Assembly: GCA_040954595.2 (NCBI GenBank)
Contig: CM082583.2
Coordinates: forward strand, 13,674,528 to 13,738,527
Reading direction: 5' to 3'
DNA: 64,000 nt
Origin: Balanoglossus misakiensis
Lineage: Eukaryota > Animalia > Hemichordata
Each line of letters opens with the position of its first letter. Within the stretch, counting starts at the first letter, position 1. The notes below the pieces were generated by a model, which did no database searches, was not told the DNA's origin, and worked only from the letters and a program-made list of their open reading frames with translations. The position numbers were made by a program, and so were the translations under genes. Of the stretch, positions 10,501 to 24,900 are shown one piece after another.

Positions 10501-13500
10501 AACATATCTGGTTGTCAAATGAAGAAAATATAAAGGTTTGTAGTCAACATTTTAAGAGTGCGTATAGTATTGGAACACATCCAAATTTAACTCATTGAAT
10601 CAATTTAAACAATCTTTCGCCAATTTGTTCATTAATCATGAATAATTTTTTTCTGTCCTTTTGTTAGAATATGGCGAAGAGTGCAGGCTGATGTTTTTAT
10701 CCAGATATTGCCAATGCTAGAAGTGGACAAGGATTTGGTCTTGCACTCACCCCATAAACTATTTGCATGATGGCAGATGAACATATCTGGTTGTCAAATG
10801 AAGAAAATATAAAGGTTTGTAGTCAACATTTTAAGAGTGCTTATAGTATTGGAACACATCCAAATTTAACTCATTGAATCAATTTATACAATCTTTCGCC
10901 AATTTGTTCATTAATCATGGATCAAAATTTTCTGTTCTTTTGTTAGAATATGGCGAAGAGTGCAGGCTGATGTTTTGATCCAGATATTGCCAATGGTAGA
11001 AGTGGACAAGGACTTGGTCTTGCACTCACCCCATAAACTATTTGCATGATGGCAGATGAACATATCTGGTTGTCAAATGAAGAAGATATAAAGGTTTGTA
11101 GTGAACATTTTAAGAGTGTATATAGTATTGGAACACATCCAAATTTAACTCATTGAATCAATTTATACAATCTTTCGCCAATTTGTTCATTAATCATGGA
11201 TCAAATTTTTCTGTTCTTTTGTTAGAATATGGCGAAGAGTGCAGGCTGATGTTTTGATCCAGATATTGCCAATGGTAGAAGTGGTCAAGGACTTGGTCTT
11301 GCACTCACCCCATAAACTATTTGCATGATGGCAGATTAACATATCTGGTTGTCAAATGAAGAAAATATAAAGGTTTGTAGTCAACATTTTAAGAGTGCTT
11401 ATAGTATTGGAACACATCCAAATTTAACTCATTGAATCAATTTATACAATCTTTCGCCAATTTGTTCATTAATCATGGATAAAAAAATTCTGTTCTTTTG
11501 TTAGAATATGGCGAAGAGTGCAGGCTGATGTTTTTATCCAGATATTGCCAATGGTAGAAGTGGACAAGGACTTGGTCTTGCACTCACCCCATAAACTATT
11601 TGCATGATGGCAGATGAACATATCTGGTTGTCAAATGAAGAAAATATAAAGGTTTGTAGTCAACATTTTAAGAGTGCTTATTGTATTGGAACACATCTAA
11701 ATTTAACTCATTGAATCAATTTATACAATCTTTCGCCAATTTGTTCATTAATCATGGATCAAATTTTTCTGTTCTTTTGTTAGAATATGGCGAAGAGTGC
11801 AGGCTGATGTTTTTATCCAGATATTGCCAATGGTAGAAGTGGACAAGGACTTGGTCTTGCACTCACCCCATAAACTATTTGCATGATGGCAGATGAACAT
11901 ATCTGGTTGTCAAATGAAGAAAATATAAAGGTTTGTAGTCAACATTTTAAGAGTGTATATAGTATTGGAACACATCCAAATTTAACTCATTGAATCAATT
12001 TATACAATCTTTCGCCAATTTGTTCATTAATCATGGATCACATTTTTCTGTTCTTTTGTTAGAATATGGCGAAGAGTGCAGGCTGATGTTTTGATCCAGA
12101 TATTGCCAATGGTAGAAGTGGACAAGGACTTGGTCTTGCACTCACCCCATAAACTAATTGCATGATGGCAGATTAACATATCTGGTTGTCAAATGAAGAA
12201 AATATAAAGGTTTGTAGTCAAAATTTTAAGAGTGCTTATAGTATTGGAACACATCCAAATTTCACTCATTGAATCAATTTATACAATCTTTCGCCAATTT
12301 ATTCATTAATCATGGATAAAAAAATTCAGTTCTTTTGTTAGAATATGGCGAAGAGTGCAGGCTGATGTTTTGATCCAGATATTGCCAATGGTAGAGGTGG
12401 ACAAGGACTTGGTCTTGCACTCACCCCATAAACTATTTGCATGATGGCAGATTAACATATCTGGCTGTCAAATGAAGAAAATATAAAGGTTTGTAGTCAA
12501 CATTTTAAGAGTGTATATAGTATTGGAACACATCCAAATTTAACTCATTGAATCAATTTATACAATCTTTCGCCAATTTGTTCATTAATCATGGATCAAA
12601 TTTTTCTGTTCTTTTGTTAGAATATGGCGAAGAGTGCAGGCTGATGTTTTGATCCAGATATTGCCAATGGTAGAAGTGGACAAGGACTTGGTCTTGCACT
12701 CACCCCATAAACTATTTGCATGATGGCAGATTAACATATCTGGTTGTCAAATGAAGAAAATATAAAGGTTTGTAGTCAACATTTTAAGAGTGCGTATAGT
12801 ATTGGAACACATCCAAATTTAACTCATTGAATCAATTTATGCAATCTTTCGCCAATTTGTTCATTAATCATGGATAAAAAAATTCTGTTCTTTTGTTAGA
12901 ATATGGCGAAGAGTGCAGGCTGATGTTTTTATCCAGATATTGCCAATGGTAGAAGTGGACAAGGACTTGGTCTTGCACTCACCCCATAAACTATTTGCAT
13001 GATGGCAGATGAACATATCTGGTTGTCAAATGAAGTAAATATAAAGGTTTGTAGTCAACATTTTAAGAGTGCTTATTGTATTGGAACACATCCAAATTTA
13101 ACTCATTGAATCAATTTATACAATCTTTCGCCAATTTGTTCATTAATCATGGATCAAATTTTTCTGTTCTTTTTTTAGAATATGGCGAAGAGTGCAGGCT
13201 GATGTTTTTATCCAGATATTGCCAATGGTAGAAGTGGACAAGGACTTGGTCTTGCACTCACCCCATAAACTATTTGCATGATGGCAGATGAACATATCTG
13301 GTTGTCAAATAAAGAAAATATAAAGGTTTGTAGTCAACATTTTAAGAGTGTATATAGTATTGGAACACATCCAAATTTAACTCATTGAATCAATTTATAC
13401 AATCTTTCGCCAATTTGTTCATTAATCATGGATCACATTTTTCTGTTCTTTTGTTAGAATATGGCGAAGAGTGCAGGCTGATGTTTTGATCCAGATATTG

Positions 13501-16500
13501 CCAATGGTAGAAGTGGACAAGGACTTGGTCTTGCACTCACCCCATAAACTAATTGCATGATGGCAGATTAACATATCTGGTTGTCAAATGAAGAAAATAT
13601 AAAGGTTTGTTGTCAACATTTTAAGAGTGTATATAGTATTGGAACACATCCAAATTCAACTCATTGAATCAATTTATGCAATCTTTCACCAATTTGTTCA
13701 TTAATCATGGATCAAATTTTTCTGTTCTTTTGTTATAATATGGCGAAGAGTGCAGGCTGATGTTTTTATCCAGATATTGCCAATGGTAGAAGTGGACAAG
13801 GACTTGGTCTTGCAGTCACCCCATAAACTATTTGCATGATGGCAGATGAACATATCTGGTTGTCAAATGAAGAAAATATAAAGGTTTGTAGTCAACATTT
13901 TAAGAGTGCTTATAGTATTGGAACACATCCAAATTTAACTCATTGAATCAATTTATACAATCTTTCGCCAATTTATTCATTAATCATGGATAAAAAAATT
14001 CAGTTCTTTTGTTATAATATGGCGAAGAGTGCAGGCTGATGTTTTTATCCAGATATTGCCAATGGTAGAAGTGGACAAGGACTTGGTCTTGCAGTCACCC
14101 CATAAACTATTTGCATGATGGCAGATGAACATATCTGGTTGTCAAATGATGAAAATATAAGGTTTGTAGTCAACATTTTAAGAGTGCGAATAGTATTGGA
14201 ACACATCCAAATTTAACTCATTGAATCAATTTAAAGAATCTTTCGCCAATTTGTTCATTAATCATGGATAAAAAAATTCAGTTCTTTTGTTATAATATGG
14301 CGAAGAGTGCAGGCTGATGTTTTTATCGAGATATTGCCAATGGTAGAAGTGGACAAGGACTTGGTCTTGCACTCACCCCATAAACTATTTGCATGATGGC
14401 AGATGAACATATCTGGTTGTCAAATGAAGAAAATATAAAGGTTTGTAGTCAACATTTCAAGAGTGCGTATAGTATTGGAACACATCCAAATTTAACTCAT
14501 TGAATCAATTTATACAATCTTTCGCCAATTTGTTCATTAATCATGGATAAAAAAATTCTGTTCTTTTGTTAGAATATGGCGAAGAGTGCAGGCTGATGTT
14601 TTTATCCAGATATTGCCAATGGTAGAAGTGGACAAGGACTTGGTCTTGCACTCACCCCATAAACTATTTGCATGATGGCAGATGAACATATCTGGTTGTC
14701 AAATGAAGAAAATATAAAGGTTTGTAGTCAACATTTTAAGAGTGCGTATAGTATACGAACACATCCAAATTTAACTCATTGAATCAATTTAAACAATCTT
14801 TCGCCAATTTGTTCATTAATCATGAATAATTTTTTTCTGTCCTTTTGTTAGAATATGGCGAAGAGTGCAGGCTGATGTTTTTATCCAGATATTGCCAATG
14901 CTAGAAATGGACAAGGATTTGGTCTTGCACTCACCCCATAAACTATTTGCATGATGGCAGATGAACATATCTGGTTGTCAAATGAAGAAAATATAAAGGT
15001 TTGTTGTCAACATTTTAAGAGTGTATATAGTATTGGAACACATCCAAATTCAACTCATTGAATCAATTTATGCAATCTTTCACCAATTTGTTCATTAATC
15101 ATGGATCAAATTTTTCTGTTCTTTTGTTAGAATATGGCGAAGAGTGCAGGCTGATGTTTTTATCCAGATATTGCCAATGGTAGAAGTGGACAAGGATTTG
15201 GTCTTGCACTCACCCCATAAACTATTTGCATGATGGCAGATGAACATATCTGGTTGTCAAATGAAGAAAATATAAAGGTTTGTAGTCAACATTTTAAGAG
15301 TGTATATAGTATTGGAACACATCGAAATTTAACTCATTGAATCAATTTATGCAATCTTTCGCCAATTTATTCTTTAATCATGGATCAAATTTTTCTGTTC
15401 TTTTTTTAGAATATGGCGAAGAGTGCAGGCTGATGTTTTTATCCAGATATTGCCAATGGTAGAAGTGGACAAGGACTTGGTCTTGCAGTCACCCCATAAA
15501 CTATTTGCATGATGGCAGATGAACATATCTGGTTGTCAAATAAAGAAAATATAAAGGTTTGTAGTCAACATTTTAAGAGTGCATATAGTATACGAACACA
15601 TCCAAATTTAACTCATTGAATCAATTTAAACAATCTTTTGCCAATTTGTTCATTAATCATGAATAATTTTTTTCTGTCCTTTTGTTAGAATATGGCGAAG
15701 AGTGCAGGCTGATGTTTTTATCCAGATATTGCCAATGCTAGAAATGGACAAGGATTTGGTCTTGCACTCACCCCATAAACTATTTGCATGATGGCAGATG
15801 AACATATCTGGTTGTCAAATGAAGAAAATATAAAGGTTTGTTGTCAACATTTTAAGAGTGTATATAGTATTGGAACACATCCAAATTCAACTCATTGAAT
15901 CAATTTATGCAATCTTTCACCAATTTGTTCATTAATCATGGATCAAATTTTTCTGTTCTTTTGTTAGAATATGGCGAAGAGTGCAGGCTGATGTTTTTAT
16001 CCAGATATTGCCAATGGTAGAAGTGGACAAGGACTTGGTCTTGCAGTCACCCCATAAACTATTTGCATGATGGCAGATGAACATATCTGGTTGTCAAATG
16101 AAGAAAATATAAAGGTTTGTAGTCAACATTTTAAGAGTGCGTATAGTATACGAACACATCCAAATTTAACTCATTGAATCAATTTAAACAATCTTTCGCC
16201 AATTTGTTCATTAATCATGAATAATTTTTTTCTGTCCTTTTGTTAGAATATGGCGAAGAGTGCAGGCTGATGTTTTTATCCAGATATTGCCAATGGTAGA
16301 AGTGGACAATTACTTGGTCTTGCACTCACCCCATAAACTATTTGCATGATGGCAGATGAACATATCTGGTTGTCAAATGAAGAAAATATAAGGTTTGTAG
16401 TCAACATTTTAAGAGTGCGAATAGTATTGGAACACATCCAAATTTAACTCATTGAATCAATTTAAAGAATCTTTCGCCAATTTGTTCATTAAAGGGACAA

Positions 16501-19500
16501 AGTCTTTCTCCCACTGCCCTTTTTTCCATTAATTATATTTGATACAAGACACCGTTTGTTATTCTACAAGTGGATATATAGTGAATGAACGTTCAACCAC
16601 ACACAACTTCCGTCCCTCTTATAGACAGGAGAGTGAAAAAACTCGCCAAAATGAATAATCGTTCTTTACCATTTATTAATTTGGGGCGAGTTTTTACTCT
16701 CATATCATACAAGTGGGATGGAAGTTTTGTGTGGTTGATCATTGATGCACTATATATCCACATGTACATTAACATGAACAGTGTCTTGTATCAAGCCAAT
16801 AAAGTACTTGCATGATGGCAGATGAAGCAAGGTCAAGCATGAAGACTGATGTTTAATTTCTAAATGGTGCCAACGGGAGAAGTGGACAAGGACTTGGTCT
16901 TGCAGTCAGCCAATAAATATCCTGCATGATGGCAGATGAAGATATTTGGATGTCAAATAAAGAACACATACAGGTTTGCAGTCAACATTTAAAGAGTGTA
17001 TATAGTGTTGGAACAAATCCAAGCTTAACTCGTTGAATCAATTTTATAAAATATGTCACCACTTTGTTCATTGATCATGAATATTTTTTTTTCTGTTGTT
17101 TTGTTAGAATATGGCGAAGAGTGCAGGCTGATGTTGTGTATCTGAATGTTGCCATTGGTAGAAGTGGACAAGGACTTGGTCTTGCTTTCACTCAATAAAC
17201 TCTGCATTATGGCAGATGAAGATATTTGGATGTCAAATAAAGAAAACATACAGGTTTGCAGTCAACATTTTAAGAGTGTATATAGTGTTGGAACAAATCC
17301 AAACTTAACTCATTGAATCAATTTTATAAAATATGTCACCACTTTGTTCATTGATCATGAATAATTTGTTTTGTTTTGTTTTGTTAGAATATGGCGAAGA
17401 GTGCAGGCTGATGTTGTGTATCTGAATGTTGCCATTGGTAGAAGTGGACAAGGACATGGTTTCCCAGTCACCCAATAAACTACTTGCATGTTGTCAGATG
17501 AAGATATTTGGATGTGAAATAAAGAAAACATACAGGTTTGCAGTCAACATTTTAAGAGTATTTATAGTGTTGGAACAAATCCAAATTTAACTCATTGTAT
17601 CAATTTATACAATCTTTCGCCAATTTATTCATTAATCATGGATAAAAAAATTCAGTTCTTTTGTTAGAATATGGCGAAGAGTGCAGGCTGATGTTTTTAT
17701 CCAGATATTGCCAATGGTAGAAGTGGACAAAGACTTGGTCTTGCAGTCACCCCATAAACTATTTGCATGACGGCAGATGAACATATCTGGTTGTCAAATG
17801 AAGAAAATATAAAGGTTTGTAGTCAACATTTTAAGAGTGTATATAGTATTGGAACACATCCAAATTTAACTCATTGAATCAATTTAAACAATCTTTCGCC
17901 AATTTGTTCATTAATCATGAATAATTTTTTTCTGTCCTTTTGTTAGAATATGGCGAAGAGTGCAGGCTGATGTTTTTATCCAGATATTGCCAATGGTAGA
18001 AGTGGACAATTACTTGGTCTTGCACTCACCCCATAAACTATTTGCATGATGGCAGATGAACATATCTGGTTGTCAAATGAAGAAAATATAAAGGTTTGTA
18101 GTCAACATTTTAAGAGTGTATATAGTGTTGGAACAAATCCAAACTTAACTCATTGAATCAATTTTATAAAATATGTCACCACTTTGTTCATTGATCATGA
18201 ATAATTTGTTTTGTTTTGTTTTGTTAGAATATGGCGAAGAGTGCAGACTGATGTTGTGTATCTGAATGTTGCCATTGGTAGAAGTGGACAAGGACATGGT
18301 TTCCCAGTCACCCAATAAACTACTTGCATGATGTCAGATGAAGATATTTGGATGTGAAATAAAGAACACATACAGGTTTGCAGTCAACATTTTAAGAGTA
18401 TTTATAGTGTTGGAACAAATCCAAATTTAACTCATTGAATCAAATTATACAATCTTTCGCCAATTTATTCATTAATCATGGATAAAAAAATTCAGTTCTT
18501 TTGTTAGAATATGGCGAAGAGTGCAGGCTGATGTTTTTATGCAGATATTGCCAATGGTAGAAGTGGACAAGGACTTGGTCTTGCACTCACCCCATAAACT
18601 ATTTGCATGATGGCAGATGAACATATCTGGTTGTCAAATGAAGAAAATATAAAGGTTTGTAGTCAACATTTTAAGAGTGTATATAGTATTGGAACACATC
18701 CAAATTTAACTCATTGAATCAATTTACGCAATCTTTCGCCAATTTGTTCATTAATCATGGATCAAATTTTTCTGTTCTTTTGTTAGAATATGGCGAAGAG
18801 TGCAGGCTGATGTTTTTATCCAGATATTGCTAATGCTAGAAGTGGACAAGGATTTGGTCTTGCACTCACCCCATAAACTATTTGCATGATGGCAGATGAA
18901 CATATCTGGTTGTCAAATGAAGAAAATATAAAGGTTTGTAGTCAACATTTTAAGAGTGCGTATAGTATACGAACACATCCAAATTTAACTCATTGAATCA
19001 ATTAAAACAATCTTTCGCCAATTTTTTCATTAATCATGAATAATTTTTTTCTGTCCTTTTGTTAGAATATGGCGAAGAGTGCAGGCTGATGTTTTTATCC
19101 AGATATTGCCAATGCTAGAAGTGGACAAGGATTTGGTCTTGCACTCACCCCATAAACTATTTGCATGATGGCAGATGAACATATCTGGTTGTCAAATGAA
19201 GAAAATATAAAGGTTTGTAGTCAACATTTTAAGAGTGTGTATTGTGTTGGAACAAATCCAAACTTAACTCATTGAATCAATTTTATAAAATATGTCACCA
19301 CTTTGTTCATTGATCATGAATAATTTGTTTTGTTTTGTTTTGTTAGAATATGGCGAAGAGTGCAGGCTGATGTTGTGTATCTGAATGTTGCCATTGGTAG
19401 AAGTGGACAAGGACATGGTTTCCCAGTCACCCAATAAACTACTTGCATGATGTCAGATGAAGATATTTGGATGTGAAATAAAGAACACATACAGGTTTGC

Positions 19501-20720
19501 AGTCAACATTTTAAGAGTATTTATAGTGTTGGAACAAATCCAAATTTAACTCATTGAATCAAATTATACAATCTTTCGCCAATTTATTCATTAATCATGG
19601 ATAAAAAAATTCAGTTCTTTTGTTAGAATATGGCGAAGAGTGCAGGCTGATGTTTTTATCCAGATATTGCCAATGGTAGAAGTGGACAAGGACTTGGTCT
19701 TGCACTCACCCCATAAACTATTTGCATGATGGCAGATGAACATATCTGGTTGTCAAATGAAGAAAATATAAAGGTTTGTAGTCAACATTTTAAGAGTGTA
19801 TATAGTATTGGAACACATCCAAATTTAACTCATTGAATCAATTTATGCAATCTTTCGCCAATTTTTTCATTAATCATGAATAATTTTTTTCTGTCCTTTT
19901 GTTAGAATATGGCGAAGAGTGCAGGCTGATGTTTTTATCCAGATATTGCCAATGCTAGAAATGGACAAGGATTTGGTCTTGCACTCACCCCATAAACTAT
20001 TTGCATGATGGCAGATGAACATATCTGGTTGTCAAATGAAGAAAATATAAAGGTTTGTAGTCAACATTTTAAGAGTGTATATAGTATTGGAACACATCCA
20101 AATTTAACTCATTGAATCAATTTATACAATCTTTCGCCAATTTGTTCATTAATCATGGATCAAATTTTTCTGTTCTTTTGTTAGAATATGGCGAAGAGTG
20201 CAGGCTGATGTTTTGATCCAGATATTGCCAATGGTAGAAGTGGACAAGGACTTGGTCTTGCACTCACCCCATAAACTATTTGCATGATGGCAGATTAACA
20301 TATCTGGTTGTCAAATGAAGAAAATATAAAGGTTTGTAGTCAACATTTTAAGAGTGCGTATAGTATACGAATACATCCAAATTTAACTCTTTGAATAAAT
20401 TTATCCAATCTTTCGCTAATTTGTTCATTAATCATGGATAAAAAATTTCTGTTCTTTTGTTAGAATATGGCGAAGAGTGCAGGCTGATGTTTTGATCCAG
20501 ATATTGCCAATGGTAGAAGTGGACAAGGACTTGGTCTTGCACTCACCCCATAAACTATTTGCATGATGGCAGATGAACATATCTGGTTGTCAAATGAAGA
20601 AAATATAAAGGTTTGTAGTCAACATTTTATGAGTGTATATAGTATTGGAAAACATCCAAATTTAACATAAGCTGAATGAATCAATGCTATAAAACGTGTC
20701 ATCACTTCATTAATTAAAAG
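7530..20720. repeat. 279-bp AT-rich satellite array, ~45 units, in two sub-arrays separated by a MITE
   Basis: AGATATTGCCAATGGTAGAAGTGGACAAGG recurs at 8192, 8471, 8750, 9029 and onward (period 279). Units at the array edges are more diverged or truncated. Confidence 0.98.
16489..16794 (+). mobile_element. Palindromic Kolobok-like MITE inserted at a TTAA in the 279-bp satellite; right tip missing
   Basis: Satellite TTTGTTCATTAA is followed by AGGGACAAAG instead of TCATGG. Internal arms TTGATACAAGACAC / GTGTCTTGTATCAA, GTGGATATATAGTG / CACTATATATCCAC and AAAACTCGCC / GGCGAGTTTT. Homologous to 1361-1550. Confidence 0.85.
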
Positions 20721-21400
20721 CGAATCAATTTTTTTTTCTGTTACTTTCTTAGCTCAAGCTGAAGTGTGAAGACTGGTGATTTTCCAAATGATGATGATGG
20801 TAGAAATGGACAAGGACTTGGTCTACCAGCAACCCAATAAAATACTTGCATCTTGGCAGATGAAGTCTGAATGCAAAATAAAGAGAAGACATAGATTTTC
20901 TGTCGGCATTTTAAGAGTTTATAATGAGAATGAAGAGAAAACTTATAGATTGTCTTCCGTCCAGTTTTCTTATAAAGTGACACAATCTCTCTTTTTGAGC
21001 TTTGAATGTTGTCAAGTATACATTGAATACTTGCATTAAATTTTTGTGTTAAAAAATAATGATTTTTAAAATCACCATTCTGTATCAAACGAAATTAATC
21101 TCTAAAAGATCAAAAAGAGAGAATGTTGCTGTTTAATCTAATGATACAGTGGGGACTATGACATTGACTTTCCTTACATGTTCCCTTGAGCTCACTGGTT
21201 ATGTGTTATGATAAGGAATGATTCAGATTAGGACACAGTATTAATTATTTAACTGTAGCCTAAATGTCCATAGATACAGTATTTCTTAGAATTACAAGTT
21301 TGCACAGAGCAAACTTTGTTCAGTGAATTTTGCAGTCAAAGGAATTTGATTCAATTTATGAAATTGTTTGTGCCATTTCAGCCATTTGTTAATTTCAACA

Positions 21401-21489
21401 CTAAACCTAACCCTAACCCTAACCCTACCCCTACCCCTAACCCTTACCCTAACCCTAACCCTAACCCTAACCCTAACCCTAACCCTAAC
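21401..21489 (-). repeat. Interstitial telomeric sequence (CCCTAA)~14, inverted relative to the terminal telomere
   Basis: CTAAACCTAACCCTAACCCT...AACCCTAAC with a few CCCCTA and CCCTTA variants. Confidence 0.95.
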
Positions 21490-21700
21490 AACTAATACTT
21501 TGGCTGGAATGGTAAACAGGCTCGGGGAAACTTTGTTTAATAATGGTCTCCAATTTGTTCACCAGTTAAAAGTTCACTGATGAAAATATGTTTAAGTATT
21601 GTATTGTAATTCAATTTAAATTAGCTGTCATTCCCAAAACCTGATAGTGAAGGTCAGGAAAATTAAAAAAATTGAATTGTATGGGTACAAAATTGTTCTC

Positions 21701-21907
21701 TATGTATGCATTTATGAATGTATGTAATGTATGTATGTATGTAATGTATGTATGTATGTATGTATGTATGTATGTATGTATGTATGTATGTATGCATGTA
21801 TGCATGTATGCATGTATGCATGTATGCATGTATGCATGTATGCATGTATGTAATGTGTGCATGTATGTATAAAATGTATTCATGCATGTATTAGTGTATG
21901 CGTATGT
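21701..21907. repeat. (TATG)n/(TATGCATG)n microsatellite
   Basis: Directly visible; occupies the same position in copy 2 as 6944-7318 does in copy 1. Confidence 0.97.
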
Positions 21908-21958
21908 GAATTCCTAATGCATCCTTGTCCGAATTTTAACTTGTCATGTAATTACTAC

Positions 21959-24900
21959 GCCCACATTCACCGCGCCGTTAAGACAGCAAGTCGAGTGCAA
22001 CTTGGCCCACTTTAACCGCGCCGTTAGGACAGCAAGTCAACCGCAACCTGGCCCACTTTCACCGCGCTGTTAGGACAGCAAGTCGACCGCAACCTGGCAC
22101 ACTTTCACCGCGCCGTCAGGACAGCAAGTCAACCGCAACCTGGCCCACTTTCACCGTGCCGTTAGGACAGCAAGTCGACCGCAACCTGGCCCACTTTCAC
22201 CACGCCGTTAGGACAGCAAGTCGACCGCTACCTGGCCCACTTTCACCGCGCCGTTAGGACAGCAAGTCGACCGCAACCTGGCCCACTTTCACCGCGCCGT
22301 CAGGACAGCAAGTCGACCGCAACCTGGCCCACTTTCACCGCGCCGTCAGGACAGCAAGTCGACCGCAACCTGGCCCACTTTCACCGCGCCGTCAGGACAG
22401 CAAGTCGACCGCAACCTGGCCCACTTTAACCGCGCCGTCAGGACAGCAAGTCGACCGCAACCTGGCCCACTTTCACCGCGCCGTCAGGACAGCAAGTCGA
22501 CCGCAACCTGGCCCACTTTCACCGCGCTGTTAGGACAGCAAGTCGACCGCAACCTGGCACACTTTCACCGCGCCGTCAGGACAGCAAGTCGACCGCAACC
22601 TGGCACACTTTCACCGCGCCGTCAGGACAGCAAGTCAACCGCAACCTGGCCCACTTTCACCGCGCTGTTAGGACAGCAAGTCGACCGCAACCTGGCACAC
22701 TTTCACCGTGCCGTTAGGACAGCAAGTCGACCGCAACCTGGCACACTTTAACCGCACCGTTAGGACAGCAAGTCAACCGCAACCTGGCCCACTTTCACCG
22801 CGCTGTTAGGACAGCAAGTCGACCGCAACCTGGCACACTTTCACCGCGCCGTCAGGACAGCAAGTCAACCGCAACCTGGCCCACTTTCACCGCGCTGTTA
22901 GGACAGCAAGTCGACCGCAACCTGGCCCACTTTCACCGCGCCGTTAGGACAGCAAGTCGACCGCAACCTGGCCCACTTTCACCGCGCCGTTAGGACAGCA
23001 AGTCGACCGCAACCTGGCACACTTTCACCGCGCCGTCAGGACAGCAAGTCGACCGCAACCTGGCACACTTTCACCGCGCCGTCAGGACAGCAAGTCGACC
23101 GCAACCTGGCCCACTTTCACCGCGCTGTTAGGACAGCAAGTCGACCGCAACCTGGCACACTTTCACCGCGCCGTTAGTACAGCAAGTCGACCGCAACCTG
23201 GCCCACTTTCACCGCGCCGTTAGGACAGCAAGTCGACCGCAACCTGGCCCACTTTCACCGAGCCGTCAGGACAGCAAGTCGACCGCAACCTGGCCCACTT
23301 TCACCGCGCCGTCAGGTCAGCAAGTCGACCGCAACCTGGCCCACTTTCACCGCGCCGTCAGGACAGCAAGTCGACCGCAACCTTGCACACTTTCACCGCG
23401 CCGTCAGGACAGCAAGTCGACCGCAACCTGGCACACTTTCACCGCGCTGTTAGGACAGCAAGTCGACCGCAACCTGGCACACTTTCACCGCGCCGTCAGG
23501 ACAGCAAGTCGACCGCAACCTGGCACACTTTCACCGCGCCGTTAGGACAGCAAGTCAACCGCAACTTGGCCCACTTTCACCGCGCCGTTAGGACAGCAAG
23601 TCGACCGCAACTTGGCCCACTTTCACTGCGCTGTTAGGACAGCAAGTCGACCGCAACCTGGCCCACTTTCACCGCGCTGTTAGGACAGCAAGTCGACCGC
23701 AACCTGGCCCACTTTCACCGCGCCGTTAGGACAGCAAGTCGACCGCAACCTGGCCCACTTTCACCGCGCCGTTAGGACAGCAAGTCGACCGCAACCTGGC
23801 CCACTTTCACCGCGCCGTCAGGACAGCAAGTCGACCGCAACCTGGCCCACTTTCACCGCGCTGTTAGGACAGCAAGTCGACCGCAACCTGGCACACTTTC
23901 ACCGCGCCGTCAGGACAGCAAGTCAACCGCAACCTGGCCCACTTTCACCGCGCTGTTAGGACAGCAAGTCAACCGCAACCTGGCACACTTTCACCGCGCC
24001 GTCAGGACAGCAAGTCGACCGCAACCTGGCCCACTTTCACCGTGCCGTTAGGACAGCAAGTCGACCGCAACCTGGCCCACTTTCACCGCGCCATTAGGAC
24101 AGCAAGTCGACCGCAACCTGGCCCACTTTCACCGCGCCGTTAGGACAGCAAGTCGACCGCAACCTGGCCCACTTTCACCGCGCTGTTAGGACAGCAAGTC
24201 GACCGCAACCTGGCACACTTTCACCGCGCCGTCAGGACAGCAAGTCAACCGCAACCTGGCCCACTTTCACCGCGCTGTTAGGACAGCAAGTCGACCGCAA
24301 CCTGGCACACTTTCACCGCGCCGTCAGGACAGCAAGTCAACCGCAACCTGGCCCACTTTCACCGCGCCGTCAGGACAGCAAGTCGACCGCAACCTGGCCC
24401 ACTTTCACCGCCCCGTCAGGACAGCAACCTGGCCCACTTTCACCGCGCCGTTAGGACAGCAAGTCGACCGCAACCTGGCCAACTTTCACCGCGCTGTTAG
24501 GACAGCAAGTCGACCGCAACCTGGCACACTTTCACCGCGCCGTCAGGACAGCAAGTCAACCGCAACCTGGCCCACTTTCACCGCGCTGTTAGGACAGCAA
24601 GTCGACCGCAACCTGGCCCACTTTCACCGCGCCGTTAGGACAGCAAGTCGACCGCAACCTGGCACACTTTCACCGCGCCGTCAGGACAGCAAGTCGACCG
24701 CAACCTGGCACACTTTCACCGCGCCGTCAGGACAGCAAGTCGACCGCAACCTGGCCCACTTTCACCGCGCTGTTAGGACAGCAAGTCGACCGCAACCTGG
24801 CCCACTTTCACCGCGCCGTTAGGACAGCAAGTCAACCGCAACCTGGCCCACTTTCACCGCGCCGTTAGGACAGCAAGTCGACCGCAACTTGGCCCACTTT

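Larger units (their letters stand above)
20856..21948 (+). repeat. Composite segment copy 2 (lacks the (CATA)n tract, carries (CCCTAA)n)
   Basis: Collinear homology to 5481-7360. It is cut off at CTTGTCATG (21948), just before the 46-bp array starts. Confidence 0.9.

Noticed and set aside
20741-21580. ORFs at the right edge of the 279-bp array
   Set aside because: Not conserved as open frames in the homologous copy at 5481-7360; LTLTLT is the interstitial telomere tract.
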